NCBI GenBank assembly: GCA_964016885.1
Contig: OZ024743.1
Coordinates: 61,504,001-61,568,000, forward strand
Direction: 5' to 3'
Origin: Eledone cirrhosa
Taxonomy: Eukaryota
Length of the DNA: 64,000 nt
Shown: one piece after another, positions 13,778-26,859 of the stretch
Numbering within the stretch: the first letter of the stretch is position 1
How the letters are laid out: every line of letters starts with the position of its first letter
The notes under the pieces: model-generated
What the model was told of the DNA's origin: nothing
Database searches by the model: none
The model's input: the letters and a program-made list of their open reading frames with translations, nothing else
Position numbers and translations under genes: made by a program

Positions 13778-14540
13778 TGTATGTATGTATGTATGTATGT
13801 ATGTATGTATGTATGTATGTATGTATGTTCTTCTGGTTTCATAATTTCACAAATGTTTTTCCAATAGAGAGAGAGTCGGTTGCTAACATGGACACAAGAC
13901 TCTCTCATTGGAATTTACACAGCATCAACTAGGTAGATATGTATCCATGTCTGCATGCATGCATGCATGTGTAGGTATGGATGTTATTGTATGTGTTGAT
14001 GTGTATGTTTTGAGTTGAATGTGTGCATGTGTAAACGCTTTGTATCTGTACATGTGTATATGAAGTTATTAGGTGCAAAATATTTGGTATGTTTTACATA
14101 TTTCTACTGTTCGATTAATGGATTGAACTTGTAATTTCCTAACTAGTTGTGTTCTTTCTGTTCCCGTGAAGCCTAGCTTCTCAAGATTTGTATTGAGGCA
14201 GTTACTAACATACCCCAGTGCCCCAATAATCACAGGCATAAATCTGAAGGTATAATCAGGGTGGAGTATCTGCAGATTTCTCATTAGTTCTGCATAAATA
14301 TTCTCCTTTTCGCTAATCTTTGATATTATATTGACATCTGCTGGGAAGCTAACTTCCACTACTGTGCATACCTTTTTTTCCCATATCATTATATCTGGTC
14401 TGTTATTCCTGCATTTTATTGGGGTTTTTACTGGAACATTCCACCAATGCTCTTTCATATTATGTATATGTATGTCTTCCACATTGCTGTAGCTTTTAAT
14501 GTGTTTATTATCGGGGCTATCTTTTCTACGGATTGCATCC
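13750..14540 (-). mobile_element. R4/Dong-type non-LTR retrotransposon 3' fragment (restriction-like endonuclease) ending in (CATA)n
   Basis: ORF 14069-14482: NNRPDIMIW..VVEVSFP..KENIYAEL..PVIIGALG (PD-(D/E)xK RLE domain). The 3' UTR is followed by (CATA)n on the minus strand. Confidence 0.8.
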
Positions 14541-14818
14541 AGGTATGCCTGGGCGACTACTTGTATTTCACAAACAACTTGCCTAAGTCTGTGCTTCTAA
14601 AGCGAACTCTTTAGGTGAAAAATCCATGGTCATTCGTGACCGATGGGGTTCTTTACCCTTATCCTAGACACGCCGTTTGACGGTGCCTCATCAATTCCAC
14701 AAGGAGTTATGGGATCTTTATTCTTACCCATATGTATATTACTTATTCTTATCCATATGTATATTACTTTATAACGTGTTGCAACCGACAGGCTGAGGCC
14801 AATGGGGCAGCGCTATTT

Positions 14819-14922
<104 letters not shown>

Positions 14923-15023
14923 CACACACACACATACACACACTTCTATCCTAACTATTATGTTTTTGTCGGTGCTTTTGCATTTCACTAGGTGTGTGAG
15001 AGAGAATAAGTGGCGGTGTAAGC

Positions 15024-15061
<38 letters not shown>

Positions 15062-15903
15062 GGGTACGTGGAGAAGAACGTAAAATAAACAAATACTGGG
15101 TTTTTTGTCTGGTCGCTTCCTCTTTACACCAGTCGCCGTCGAGACCTCAGGCGTACTTGGACCCCGTACATCCGAGCTCCCCCGCAAGATCGGAACGTCG
15201 GCGGCCCGTCTGAGGAACAAGACCCGCGAGGTTGGGTAGCTGTTGCAATGGGTGTCACTGACCATTGTCCGCAGGAATACTTTTACGGTCTCATCCGTGG
15301 GGCGCAGCCCTTCTGCCCCCATGCCCTAGGCCTAAAGCCCAATCACCATCCCCTCTCTTCAGCTATACTAGAGTTCTTGCCATGTCTGAAACCTGGTCTG
15401 AATGCTTGCAACAGAATGAATGCTGCTAAAGCTGCCTAATTTTCAACATTAATTTCCGGGAAACTTCAAACATGTACATAAATCAATCAGTCCCATAACA
15501 GAATAGTAGATACATTTTCATTCATTGGACAGCTTCGAATAATATATATCCAAATCGTTGACCCATGGTAATTTGCGCTCCTACACTTCTCTAACCCCAT
15601 CTCTGGTTTGACCTGCAATGTTTACATGCATATAAACATGAAATGAAGTTTTTACAACTCATATCTATGCAGGCTTAGCTGGCTTCCTACGGGGTTGCAT
15701 ATTACAGGAGGTTCCACCGGGTTTTTTAATGCTCGAAAAGCAACGTGAAATGAAGCGTCGTATCCAAGAACGCAACGCGTCACTCAGTCTAGGAACCGAA
15801 CCTATGAACCTAAGTTCCTGAGTCAGGCTATTTGAACACTAGGCCAAGCATCTTCATATATAAACAAAATGCCCTGTTTACCTTTTACATATATATATAT
15901 ATG

Positions 15904-16688
15904 TGTCGAAAATTTCTTCACAAGAGCCTTTATTCTTATAGCTTGGTCTAATTGATTTTTTATATGGTTAGTTATGCTAATTGGGAGAAGAAATGGTATA
16001 TATTTTATCTAGTGATTCTAAGGACATGATTTATGATATATTGCTCTGATTATTTAATTTATTAATTCTTCATTGAGCCACAACGTGACCGGTTGCAAAA
16101 CATATATATCTATGACTTTATGTATATGTAAACCTTTATATTTAATAATCTCCCGTTAGGTTGAGATACAATTAGGCGATATTGGGCTGCGCTTTCTAGC
16201 AACAAGCCTACCCGCCGTAAGCAACTAATCACATTCTTTCTAACTTGACCACTGCCACGTCACAATTCTTAGCCATTTTTGACGCGATCACTTTGGAAAA
16301 TTAAATGTCTAATTTAGAGTTCGCTCCTGATGAGTCCGAAATTCTAGACATGTCCTGTTATTGGATGTCTAAAAATACGGACGAAACCATGGTAGAGATA
16401 TAATTACGGTATGTACACATTTCTTCTAATTTTGAATTTACACCTAATTGTGTATGGTTGATGGTATATTTAGTCAGTTTCCACATGCTGTTGAAATGTT
16501 GGATAAATATTCTATCGGGGCCACCGTGAAGAGGCCGCTTTCAGTTATTTGTCGAAAATTTCTTCATAGGAGCCTTTATTCTTATAGCTTGGTCTAATTG
16601 ATTTTTTATATGGTTAGTTATGCTAATTGGGAGAAGAAATGGTATATATTTTATCTAGTGATTCTAAGGACATGATTTATGATATATA
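15904..16688 (+). mobile_element. ORF-less element with ~137-bp terminal direct repeats and an internal hammerhead
   Basis: 15904-16040 is nearly identical to 16550-16688 (period about 646). HHR at 16324-16397. TA-rich flanks. Confidence 0.8.
16324..16397 (+). ncRNA. Canonical type I hammerhead ribozyme
   Basis: ctc-CTGATGA-gtccg...cggac-GAAA-ccatgg-TA^-gag, with a palindromic stem III. Confidence 0.85.
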
Positions 16689-17509
16689 TATATACACACA
16701 CATACACACACATATATATGGAACTGTAAGAAAACTCATTTTTCTAGTGAGATATGGACAAGGTATTTACTTACTTTAAAATATGTAATTGGTGACAAGA
16801 GTTATGGCAAATTATAAGTAATGACAAATGCACTGCATTAACCCAGAATACCTACCCCACTCTCAAAGAAAAATAAGTAATTGAAAATAAAACAATGTAA
16901 ATGTCCGCGGACGTAAATATCTTTAAATACTATGACCCCCAACGGAACAATCCTGTTTAACAGTTTTCCTCTAACCTTTAAGAGAGGGGTCAATATATAT
17001 GTTTATACATTTTTCCCCCGCGTAAGCAGGTCATACATTATAGACAAACAACTGTTAAGTCTACATATATTTCAGTATAGATATTATCGATATATTAATT
17101 ACAATGTAGACGGCGAATTCACCTCACTGTACTCCTCACTGTTTCACCCCACTGTACTCTGATTCAAATCACGCTTACGTCAACTTTCTGTTCATTCTTT
17201 AGAGGTCCATAAAATAGTACCAGTCTAGTACTGTGGTTGGTTCTTCCATTATATCCCTTCCTAAATTCTTATATTTCACTATGTTGTTTGTGTACAGATT
17301 TGGAGCGAGAAGAATCCCGCCAGGTTTAAATGACCGTATGTTATGACAGTGCTCCTACGATTCCATCATGTGTTTCATGCCCATGCATGCAAGCAATATT
17401 AAATGTAATTGTTACTTTTGTTGTCTATACAAATAATTTTGGAATAAATCAAGCATTTGATGGGATTTAGTAATATAACTAACTTTCTCATTATTAATTT
17501 TGTGTTTCG

Positions 17510-17740
17510 ATGGCGGTGGATTGGCAGAATTGTTAGTGCATCGACTGAAATACATTACAGTATTTCGTTACGGCTCTCTATACTCTGGTTTCAAATAGTA
17601 CCGAGGTCAACATTGCTTTTATTCTCCAGGGGGGGGGGGTCGATAGAATAAAGTACCAGTAAAGTACTGTGGTCGATATATTCGACTTTCTCCACCATTC
17701 CACAATTGTGGGATGTGTGTCTAAATTTGAAACCACTATT
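17510..17740 (+). mobile_element. SINE family A copy (a further copy at about 17150-17240)
   Basis: ggcggtggattggcagaattgttag...ccgaggtcaac...ggggtcgatagaataaagtaccagt. Confidence 0.7.
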
Positions 17741-18425
17741 AAGTTGGTATTTGAAACATAACTTATGAGAGGTTAGGTTTAGGGTTAGATAAAATTACAA
17801 TGAAAAGTTTTCGGATAAATATAAGTATAAATAGTTTAAAATAAATTGTTTCTATTATGGAACCAGGGTCGATTTCAGGCAGTCTTGCATCAAAATGGAT
17901 AAAGCCCAGTCTTCTGCTGCTGCAGACATACAGTTTCATTTATATAAACTCATTTCCAAAACAGCCAGAATATTTAAGGCACCTAAAATGTGAAATAACC
18001 TTATTATAACTGTCAAAATCATTAGTCTCCACCCCATGCCATCTAGCTTGAAGCGACCACATTTCTGGTGTCAAGTTAAAGAAAGGACGGCTTATATAAA
18101 TTTTCGCGGGAATATTTCTCACGTTAGACATGTTGGTGGTGGCGATAGCGCAAGTGGTGGTGGTAGAAGTTGGTGGGAAATGTTTTTTTTTCCCTGCGGC
18201 ATTAATTTACCTCTCTCTATCGCACCCCACAAGTTTATTTTATTTTCTATTCCCTCTTCACTCTCTCTCTCTCTTTCTCTCATATGCCTCTACCTTTCCT
18301 TCCTCGCTCTTTTTCTCATCCCCATATCATTACACTACATGAGCCAAACCTACAGATAGGTTTCTCTTTAACTACCACTCACTTCAGCCTTTCATTTCTT
18401 TATCAGATAACTTTACATCTTTCTT

Positions 18426-18502
<77 letters not shown>

Positions 18503-18588
18503 CATGATTTACTCTATAGTATACATATATGTATATATATATATATATGTATGTATATATATAAGTATATATATATGTATTTATATAC

Positions 18589-18652
<64 letters not shown>

Positions 18653-18681
18653 ATATATATATATGTATATACATATGTATG

Positions 18682-18742
<61 letters not shown>

Positions 18743-18750
<8 letters not shown>

Positions 18751-19193
18751 AACATGGGGAGAAGAATACTGCATGGTTGCACATGGGTTACATATTATGA
18801 AATTAGTCCCTCATCAGTGATTTGCCAACCATCATTGGTATTTCATCGCTTTAAAAATCAGATACCTCAGGTTGGTGCGAGCAATAACTAAAATAAGCTA
18901 TTGGGACAAGTGAAACGCGTAGAGCGAGTGAGACAAGTAAACAACAGAAGGAAAAGCAAACCGAAGGTTGGGAAAACAGCAAGCAATCATGATAGTTATC
19001 CGATCAGCATAAACTGGGTGAATTTCATGAGCGGTCAGAGAAGCAGACCGCACGCCGTGAATGCGGTGTGAGAAAGAAGAAACCCCACTACTAGCGAACG
19101 GGAGGAAGTGAGAAGGGGAGAAACAGAGAGTGAGTGAGTGGAAGTGCGAAGAAGAGGTCAGTCGAGAGAAAGTGTTAACTGACAGAGGGGATG

Positions 19194-19277
<84 letters not shown>

Positions 19278-19396
19278 ACAAGGGGAGAAGGATACTGCAT
19301 GGTTGCACATGGATTACATATTATAAAATTAGTCCCTCATCAGTGATTTGCCAACCATCATTGGTATTTCATCGCATTAACAATCAGATACCTCAG

Positions 19397-19398
<2 letters not shown>
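18743..19398. repeat. ~127-bp direct repeat (18743-18873 / 19272-19398), each copy preceded by (TA)n
   Basis: ggggagaag.atactgcatggttgcac...cagatacctcaggt occurs twice. Homologous to the arms of the 36978-37345 palindrome. Confidence 0.85.
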
Positions 19399-19427
<29 letters not shown>

Positions 19428-19628
19428 CATGTATATATATATACATATATATATACATATATACATACATATATATATATATATATAGTAATAATAATAA
19501 TAAAATTGAAGACTAAAATCCAGAGAGGGCTCGATAAGGAAAATATATATCAAATATATAAGAACCGAAGAGCAAATATTTATTAAAATAACAGATTAAT
19601 CTGTTATTTTAATTAATCTGTTATTTTA

Positions 19629-19702
<74 letters not shown>

Positions 19703-19766
19703 GTATATACATACATATGTATATACATACATATATATATACTTATATATATACATACATGTATAT

Positions 19767-19852
<86 letters not shown>

Positions 19853-19890
19853 AGGAGGTTATAGTTCACTTGAAGCATTGTGTAATGAGG

Positions 19891-20271
19891 TATAAACGTT
19901 AGAATATGTGTAATAAGGCCAAGACAATGCAGGTATGGACATAGAAAAAAGAATGCAATAGTGAAAGATATTGATGTGAATTCGTCTTTCACCTTGAATT
20001 TATTTAAATGTCCTTAATTTTCGAGATAATATCTCTTCTTCGGAGCGAAGTAAAGGTCTCAAACCAGCGTCTTTAAATCTCTAATTAGAGATTTAAAGAC
20101 GCTGGTTTGAGACCTTTACTTCCCTCCGAAGAAGAGATATTATCTCGAAAATTAAGGACATTTAAATAAATTCAAGGTGAAAGACGAATTCACATCAATA
20201 TCTTTCACTATTGCATTCTTTTTTCTATGTCCATACCTGCATTGTCTTGGCCTTATTACACATATTCTAAC

Positions 20272-20278
<7 letters not shown>
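19891..20278. repeat. 388-bp loopless palindrome with a minimal HHR-like motif in each arm
   Basis: Centre 20084/20085. Plus strand 20123-20157: cct-CCGAAGA-a-gagata-t-tatctc-GAAA-at-TA-agg. Confidence 0.9.
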
Positions 20279-20312
<34 letters not shown>

Positions 20313-20525
20313 TATATATATACTATAGAGTAAATCATGTCCAGAGAATTATTTGATAATATATATACATCATCTCTACTCCCAATCAGCATAATTAACC
20401 ACACAAAAAATCATTTACACCAGGCTATAAGAATAAAAGGCATCTATGAAGAAACAGTAAATAAATACGCCTCAGCGGCGTCTTCGCGTCCAACCGCTAT
20501 ATAATATTTACCCAACAATAAAAAA

Positions 20526-20815
20526 TAACCTATATTGGGCAATCGTCTGTTAACAACTAGACAGTTTTGGAAACTGTTCCGCAACATCTTATTAAGTCAA
20601 GTCCACACTTTTCCCTGCTGCTCAGTAGTTGTTGAGAAATTAGTGATCCTTCCACTTCTAAAAAACATTAGAAGACTGAATTGTGTGCGATAAGAAATAT
20701 CGCACGTGTCTTCGGAACCCAGCTTGTCACGAAATTCCATGTCGCTAAAAATATTATGTTGTGAAGCAGTTTCCAAAACTGTCTAGTTGTTACCAGGCGA
20801 TTACTCAATATAGGT
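20526..20815. repeat. ~60-bp inverted repeat carrying a decayed HHR 3' half
   Basis: Arms 20526-20587 / 20756-20815. Downstream 20820-20965 is homologous to the 34820/35341 direct repeats. Confidence 0.7.
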
Positions 20816-20969
20816 CTGTTATTTTTCTTAATTTAATACTTAAAATTAAGTCTGACAAACCATATTGCTGTAGTTAGTATTTTTTCACACTAGCAAACTT
20901 GGTCCTTACGATTCGAACACATGTATGTTTATATTAGTGTTCATCTCTCTTGTTTATTCAATTATATAT

Positions 20970-21013
<44 letters not shown>

Positions 21014-21018
<5 letters not shown>

Positions 21019-21130
21019 AAAAAGTATGACCCCGACGGCAGAGCTCAAACCGTTTCGACGGCTATTTCTAGTCCAGAAATAGCCGTCGAAACGGCTTGAG
21101 CTCTGCCGTCGGGGTCATACTTTTTCCTAT
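21014..21130. repeat. Fold-back palindrome of the 13060-family 3' end
   Basis: 56-bp arms with a 5-nt loop. Contains atagccgtc-GAAA-cggc..gccg-TC-gggg. Confidence 0.9.
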
Positions 21131-21192
21131 TTCCCACTCTACTACCCTCTGGTGCGTTTTGGTCCATCTGGTTCCTTACCACAATTCCTTTG

Positions 21193-21250
<58 letters not shown>

Positions 21251-21256
<6 letters not shown>

Positions 21257-21797
21257 ATGCTTTGGGAGGGTCATGTTGCCAATAAGAAACACACGCACCA
21301 GTTGCTTTCACTCCAATTTATTATAAATTAAATTTATAAATTTAAGAATTTCTAAATTTCCGGTTGGTTGGTTCCACAACCGGACGGTTGTTCATATATT
21401 GTCAAAGATCTTTCGTCACACATTCTGTGACCTCTTCAGTGACTGGGATTCTTTTCTTTGTTTTTGTGCCTCTCCTTTGTTCTGTCCTACGCCATATTGT
21501 TTGTGTGTGTGTGTTGTGTGCTTAGTTTGCGCATGTGTTACATCCGGGTGTCTGTGTCTGTTTATATTTGTTTATTTATTTGTTTATTTACATGTTACTG
21601 GTTGGTTATTTGTTCTATGTGTGTGTGTGTTTTCATTTTGTCCTTAATTGTAAGTTGTGATGTTGCTATTCCATTCATGTTTTCTATTTAATTTTGGTTT
21701 TAGTTGGAGTTCATTTATGTTTATTGCCTCTGTGATTTGTCTAAACATTGCGTCTTTTCTGTGTGTAGATTCTATTTTTATTTCTATGTTTTCTAAT
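21251..21797 (-). mobile_element. PLE 3' end (same family as 53351-54995) with HHR at 21401-21443
   Basis: Highly similar to 53351-53895. Minus strand: gtca-CTGAAGA-g-gtcaca-gaatg-tgtgac-GAAA-gatc-TT^-tgac. Confidence 0.85.
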
Positions 21798-22434
21798 ATA
21801 CGATTAACAATTAGAAACGTTAAATTTATGTTTAGAGTTAAATGATACCATTTAAGATGAAATTAGAAAAGTGAGATTTAGGTTTAAAGTTGGGAGAATT
21901 TACAGAAGGAGGCGTTTATGAAAAAGTTTGAGTGTATTATAGATAGTCACGATAAAGTTTCAGGGTAGAATATAGAGTAAAGATTAAGCCCATGCTTAGC
22001 GGTCATTAACCAGCGACGTTGCGGACCCCGGCCAGCCCGAGACCCAACGGCGTGTCAACCGTTCCAAGTATTATCGTGTAGCGAAAGAAAGGAAAATTTA
22101 TTTTTCCGAGCACTCCACGAATGTTAACTGTATCAAACATAAATTTAACGTTTTTAATTGTTAATTGTAATTTCTGACCCTACAATATACTGTGCAGAAG
22201 CCCACTATATATAGCTTTGTTAAAGATATATGTATTTTGAAAAAAAATTTTCGCGGCACTTTCTAGCACTTCCTACCAGCTTCAATAGGACATAGGAAGG
22301 CTTATAAATTATCACTTGAGGGCGGCTGATCGGGCTAGAAACTGCTAAATGTTCGGCTGCCCTCATGTCTCTGATTTTCAGCCCCATGGGTGTTGTCTAT
22401 GATATTTGTATATGACATCCAGATCTTGATGTAT

Positions 22435-22466
<32 letters not shown>

Positions 22467-22476
22467 ACACACACAC

Positions 22477-22546
<70 letters not shown>

Positions 22547-23793
22547 ATGCCTCCATAAATCTGGAAAAACCTTTCAAGCATCATACAAAGTTAGGAAAAA
22601 ACACTGAGTGAGAAAAAATATCGACTTTTATTAATAATTCTTGAAATGCTACTGTTATTATTATTATTATTATTATTATGTATAATGTTTTACCTTACCT
22701 TATAACATTGCATATCGGTTCTTTTATATAGTAAGTTAATCTGATGATTGACTAAATACCTTTAGTTTGGTTTGAGAAACCTCTTTTTTATGACTTGAAT
22801 TTTCTAAATTTGAGATCTGAAATACCTTCAGGCTTTCAAAGCATTTGGGTAAAATATAAACGTCCAGAAATGCTGTACGGAGCTCCTTTGTTTACATTCA
22901 TCGTCTATAAATTTTCGTTTTATCCAAATGGATTAATAATGTGTATTTAACATGATCTATAGTGCTGCATACAATAAGATTTGGTTGAATCGAAATAATA
23001 ATACTTTCAAGAGTGAATATAACTAATAATAAATCCTATATGTAATAGACAACTATTGATTTAAACTGTTTGTAATGTTTATAATGTTTATAATTCTAAA
23101 CATTATATAAAATGCATATACAGGTGCTGATATACGATTAAGTTATGATAAATACTCTTATACATATTTACTATATCTGTAAACATCATTGGTAGTTGAT
23201 AATGTTTCTGATTTTAAATTTTGTAACTAAATATTGAATATATTTATTAATTTAACTATGCTCCTGATTATCATTGAAAATATTTTATATTGTTTAATTT
23301 TGATATAATATAATAGTATAATTTGCTCAAATATAACCAAATACAATAGATAAAAAATTTAATCGTATTTAATTGGTCGCTTCTACCTGATTTAATATTT
23401 GAAAAAAAAACTGTCACGCATCATGTCCCTTTCTTCTTTCTTTCTTTTTTATTTCTTTTCCTTTTGCAGTTATGTATTCCATCCCCTCTTATATCTCCCT
23501 CCTTCTTTTTATCTTCATCTTTTTTCCCCTCCTCTCTTCTATTTAACACTCTCTCTCTCTTCTGTTTTTTCTCTAACACGGATATTTACGGGTTATTTAT
23601 TTCTTCTATACTTTCTCATACTCACCCCCTCCTAATACTTATATCTCGCTACATATCCTTCTCTCCATCATATTTAGTTTGTCATGTTATTACTTGTGGT
23701 ATATAAATATTGAGTTTTGTTATAATAAATCATTGCCAAGACTGGAATTGAACCATCAACACAGTTGAGGTATGTCACACATCAATTCATATA

Positions 23794-23856
23794 TTTTATC
23801 TGATGAGGACGTACTGAAAAAAACTGCACAGTACCTCCGAAATATATGTAATAAAA
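23794..23856 (+). ncRNA. Canonical type I hammerhead ribozyme
   Basis: ttttat-CTGATGA-ggacgtactg...cagtacctcc-GAAA-tatatg-TA^-ataaaa. Confidence 0.8.
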
Positions 23857-24042
23857 CATATATTTTGATTATGTGAATGTCTCCATTTATTAATATTTTG
23901 AATATTAATAACTCCAGAAAACTTCATAGTTGAGTGCTTTTAATCTATTGTAAAACTATATTCATTGAGTAATCAATGAACCCTATTAACATTTGGTTAT
24001 ATATATATATATAGTATAAGTATACATACATACATACATACA

Positions 24043-24078
<36 letters not shown>

Positions 24079-24086
24079 TATACATA

Positions 24087-24131
<45 letters not shown>

Positions 24132-24436
24132 ATATATATATATTTTTTTCTCTTGGTTGTAAGAGGCTTAACTCTGTTTCTTGACCGCTGTATCACGTGA
24201 TAAGCTCCCCATCCGCCTTCCCGGGATTCTCTCTCAGGTATACGGACGTGTTTTGAAACTTTAAATGAGGTATTCTCTTGATAAGCTGGCAAACCTCACA
24301 AACATACTGCATCTCTATGATGTAATGTTCTTGCAAAGTATCCACGAAACTGTACAGTCGAGAATGTAGAGAAATATTGGGTATTAATATATATACTTTT
24401 TTATTTATGTCTAATGTTTCTTCTTTCTTTATAATG

Positions 24437-24494
<58 letters not shown>

Positions 24495-24641
24495 GATATA
24501 TATATATATATGTATGTAGGAGGTGAGTTTTATTGTAGTACAATAAAGCAATGCAGATATCGGATAAGAAGCACTCTACAGTTTGTGGGACTGGAGTATG
24601 CATAATATAATATCAAAAGATGGTTAAAGGAGTTCCATATA

Positions 24642-24708
24642 TTTTATTATGCGCATTTCAAAAACAAACATCATCAAACAATAATATTTGTGTTTTCATC
24701 AGATAAAA
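24642..24708 (-). ncRNA. Type I hammerhead downstream of a GIY-YIG fragment
   Basis: Minus strand: ttttat-CTGATGA-aaacacaaata...tgtttgttttt-GAAA-tgcgca-TA^-ataaaa. Confidence 0.75.
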
Positions 24709-24805
24709 CAGGAGAACATGATATGAAGGCTAAAAAACACTTGTTGATAGTGCAGTTTTAAATCAACATATGAAAAGTGGTTTTAGATTGATGTGTGATA
24801 TTGGG

Positions 24806-25220
24806 AAAAATATTTTATTTAGAGAGGGGGGGGGGGGGGAGAAAAGGATGAAAAGGGAAGGAGATGAGAGGGAGAGATGGGTGATAGAGAGAAAGAGATA
24901 GTTTTTATAACTGAGAGGAGATATATTTTATATAGAGGGGTTGAAAACCGTTGGAAGATACTGTATAAATTAAAAATTTTGAAAATTAACGAAGGGAGGA
25001 TATGTGCGAGGAAAAAATATTTTATTTAGGGAGGGGGGGTGGAAAGGATGAAAAAAAGGGGAGGAGATGAGAGTGAAGGTGGAAAGGGAGAGATGGGTGA
25101 TAGAGAGAAAGAGATAGTTTTTATAACTGAGAAAAAGATATAATGTTTTAATATAGAGAGGTTGGGAACCGTTGGAAGATAATGTATAAATTAAAGGAAT
25201 TTGAAAATTAACGAAGGGAA
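24806..25220. repeat. ~205-bp imperfect tandem duplication in a PLE 3' UTR
   Basis: aaaaatattttatttag..gagatgggtgatagagaga..ccgttggaagata..gaaaattaacgaaggga occurs twice. Confidence 0.75.
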
Positions 25221-25695
25221 ATTATGTATGAAGATAGAGAGAAAAAAATAATAATTGTGGGTGAATATTCTAACGTCAAAAGAAGAAATGTATGTATTGT
25301 GGGAATTTCAAAATTAGCAAACAGAAAAATGTTAAGGTTTATGTGTAGAAGGATTTGAGAAAAATAATGTGAAGTTAAAGTTTGTATATTGAATTCATAT
25401 GTATTAATAATGAGTTCGTTGATGGGGAGAAAAAAATAATAATAATAAATTAAGGATGAAATTGAGATTAAAAAGATTTATGATAGAGAGAAAAAATAAT
25501 AATGATTGCGGATGAATACTCAAAATGTCAAAAACAAATGTTATTGTTTTACGAGAAGATAGAATGAGGGTAATGAGTAAACGAGTATTATAGAGTGTAT
25601 AATGCCCTTTAAAGTAAGGTAGATGGGTATATTTTAAAGAGGTGTATGTATATGTGCCTTTGAGAAAAGATTCTAAATTGATAAAGAATTGAATA

Positions 25696-26350
25696 TTAAC
25701 TGTATACTTTGTGAAAAGTTCTATGGAATTTATGCAGGCAGATAGAAAACAAATCTGAGCGTCTATTTATTATGGATTCTCGGTTAGAGATAATGGTAAA
25801 TTTTTCATTTAGGCAGAGATTACAGATTTTAGATAGAGAGCTGTTCAAGTATGAGGATGCAGAAGAAATCTTTTTCCAAAAGATGTTATATTTAATGTTT
25901 TTGTCTTTCAAGGACCATATGAGTTCTGAGAGAGCAGTGTTAGTTCTTTTAAGTTTGTATTTGAAAGATGAATGATGATTATAGAGACGAGCTTTAAAAG
26001 AGGTGGAAGTGGAGCCAAAATAGGTGAAGGAATTGGTGCTAGTTATAATTTTACATTCATAAATTAAGTTTTTATCGAGGCAATGGTTGTTGAGAGGACA
26101 TTTATTTTTAATGCGGCAGTTGCAATTAGAGAGATTATTAATGAGTGATCTAGTGTTATCTATAGAAGGAATTGGATTGGAGAAGTTGTTTGCGATAGGA
26201 ATAATAGGAATAATAGTTTCTTGATTTAGAGTTGGATTATGAACATTTAGCGAAGTTGTGTTTGACGTTGCATTTGGGTTTACAGAAGTTAGCCTAGGGT
26301 TTACAATGACGTCAGGAGTACTATTACTGTTATTATGAAATTCAATATTG
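25696..26350 (-). mobile_element. PLE C-terminal GIY-YIG endonuclease fragment
   Basis: CNCRIKNKCPLNNHC..NLIYECKI...TYFGST..FKARLYNH..TALSELIW..CNLCLNEK. Confidence 0.85.
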
Positions 26351-26490
26351 GAAGGAAAATACGTGGATATTTTACGTCTTGATGTGGGAGCTAACGAACG
26401 TTTCCACGAACCAAAGTATCGTCTTCCGTCTTCCTCCGGTTGCAACGTTTTTTGAAATATCCACTTCTGCGTTTACAGATTGACTTTGTT

Positions 26491-26541
26491 AGTTTCAGAA
26501 GATCCCGTTAAGGGTGAAAGCAGCGATTCTTTGCTTAAACT
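26491..26541 (+). ncRNA. HHR-like fold with CAGAAGA core (copies at 45246-45295 minus, 55471-55521 plus)
   Basis: agttt-CAGAAGA-tccc-gtta-agggt-GAAA-gca...tgc-TT^-aaact. Confidence 0.45.
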
Positions 26542-26557
26542 TTAATCTGTTATTTTA

Positions 26558-26630
<73 letters not shown>

Positions 26631-26733
26631 TACATATATATATATATATACATATATATACACATATATACATATATATATACATATATACATATATATA
26701 TATCTACATATATATATATATATACATATATAC

Positions 26734-26766
<33 letters not shown>

Positions 26767-26789
26767 CATAATTACATATATATATATAC

Positions 26790-26856
<67 letters not shown>

Positions 26857-26859
<3 letters not shown>

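Noticed and set aside
14951-15439. GC-rich ORFs as a host exon
   Set aside because: No recognisable domain or splice context. Probably a repeat fragment.
16520-16570. Second HHR (gTGAAGA..gtcGAAA) in the 646-nt element
   Set aside because: No stem I or III, and not retained in the homolog at 20320-20520.
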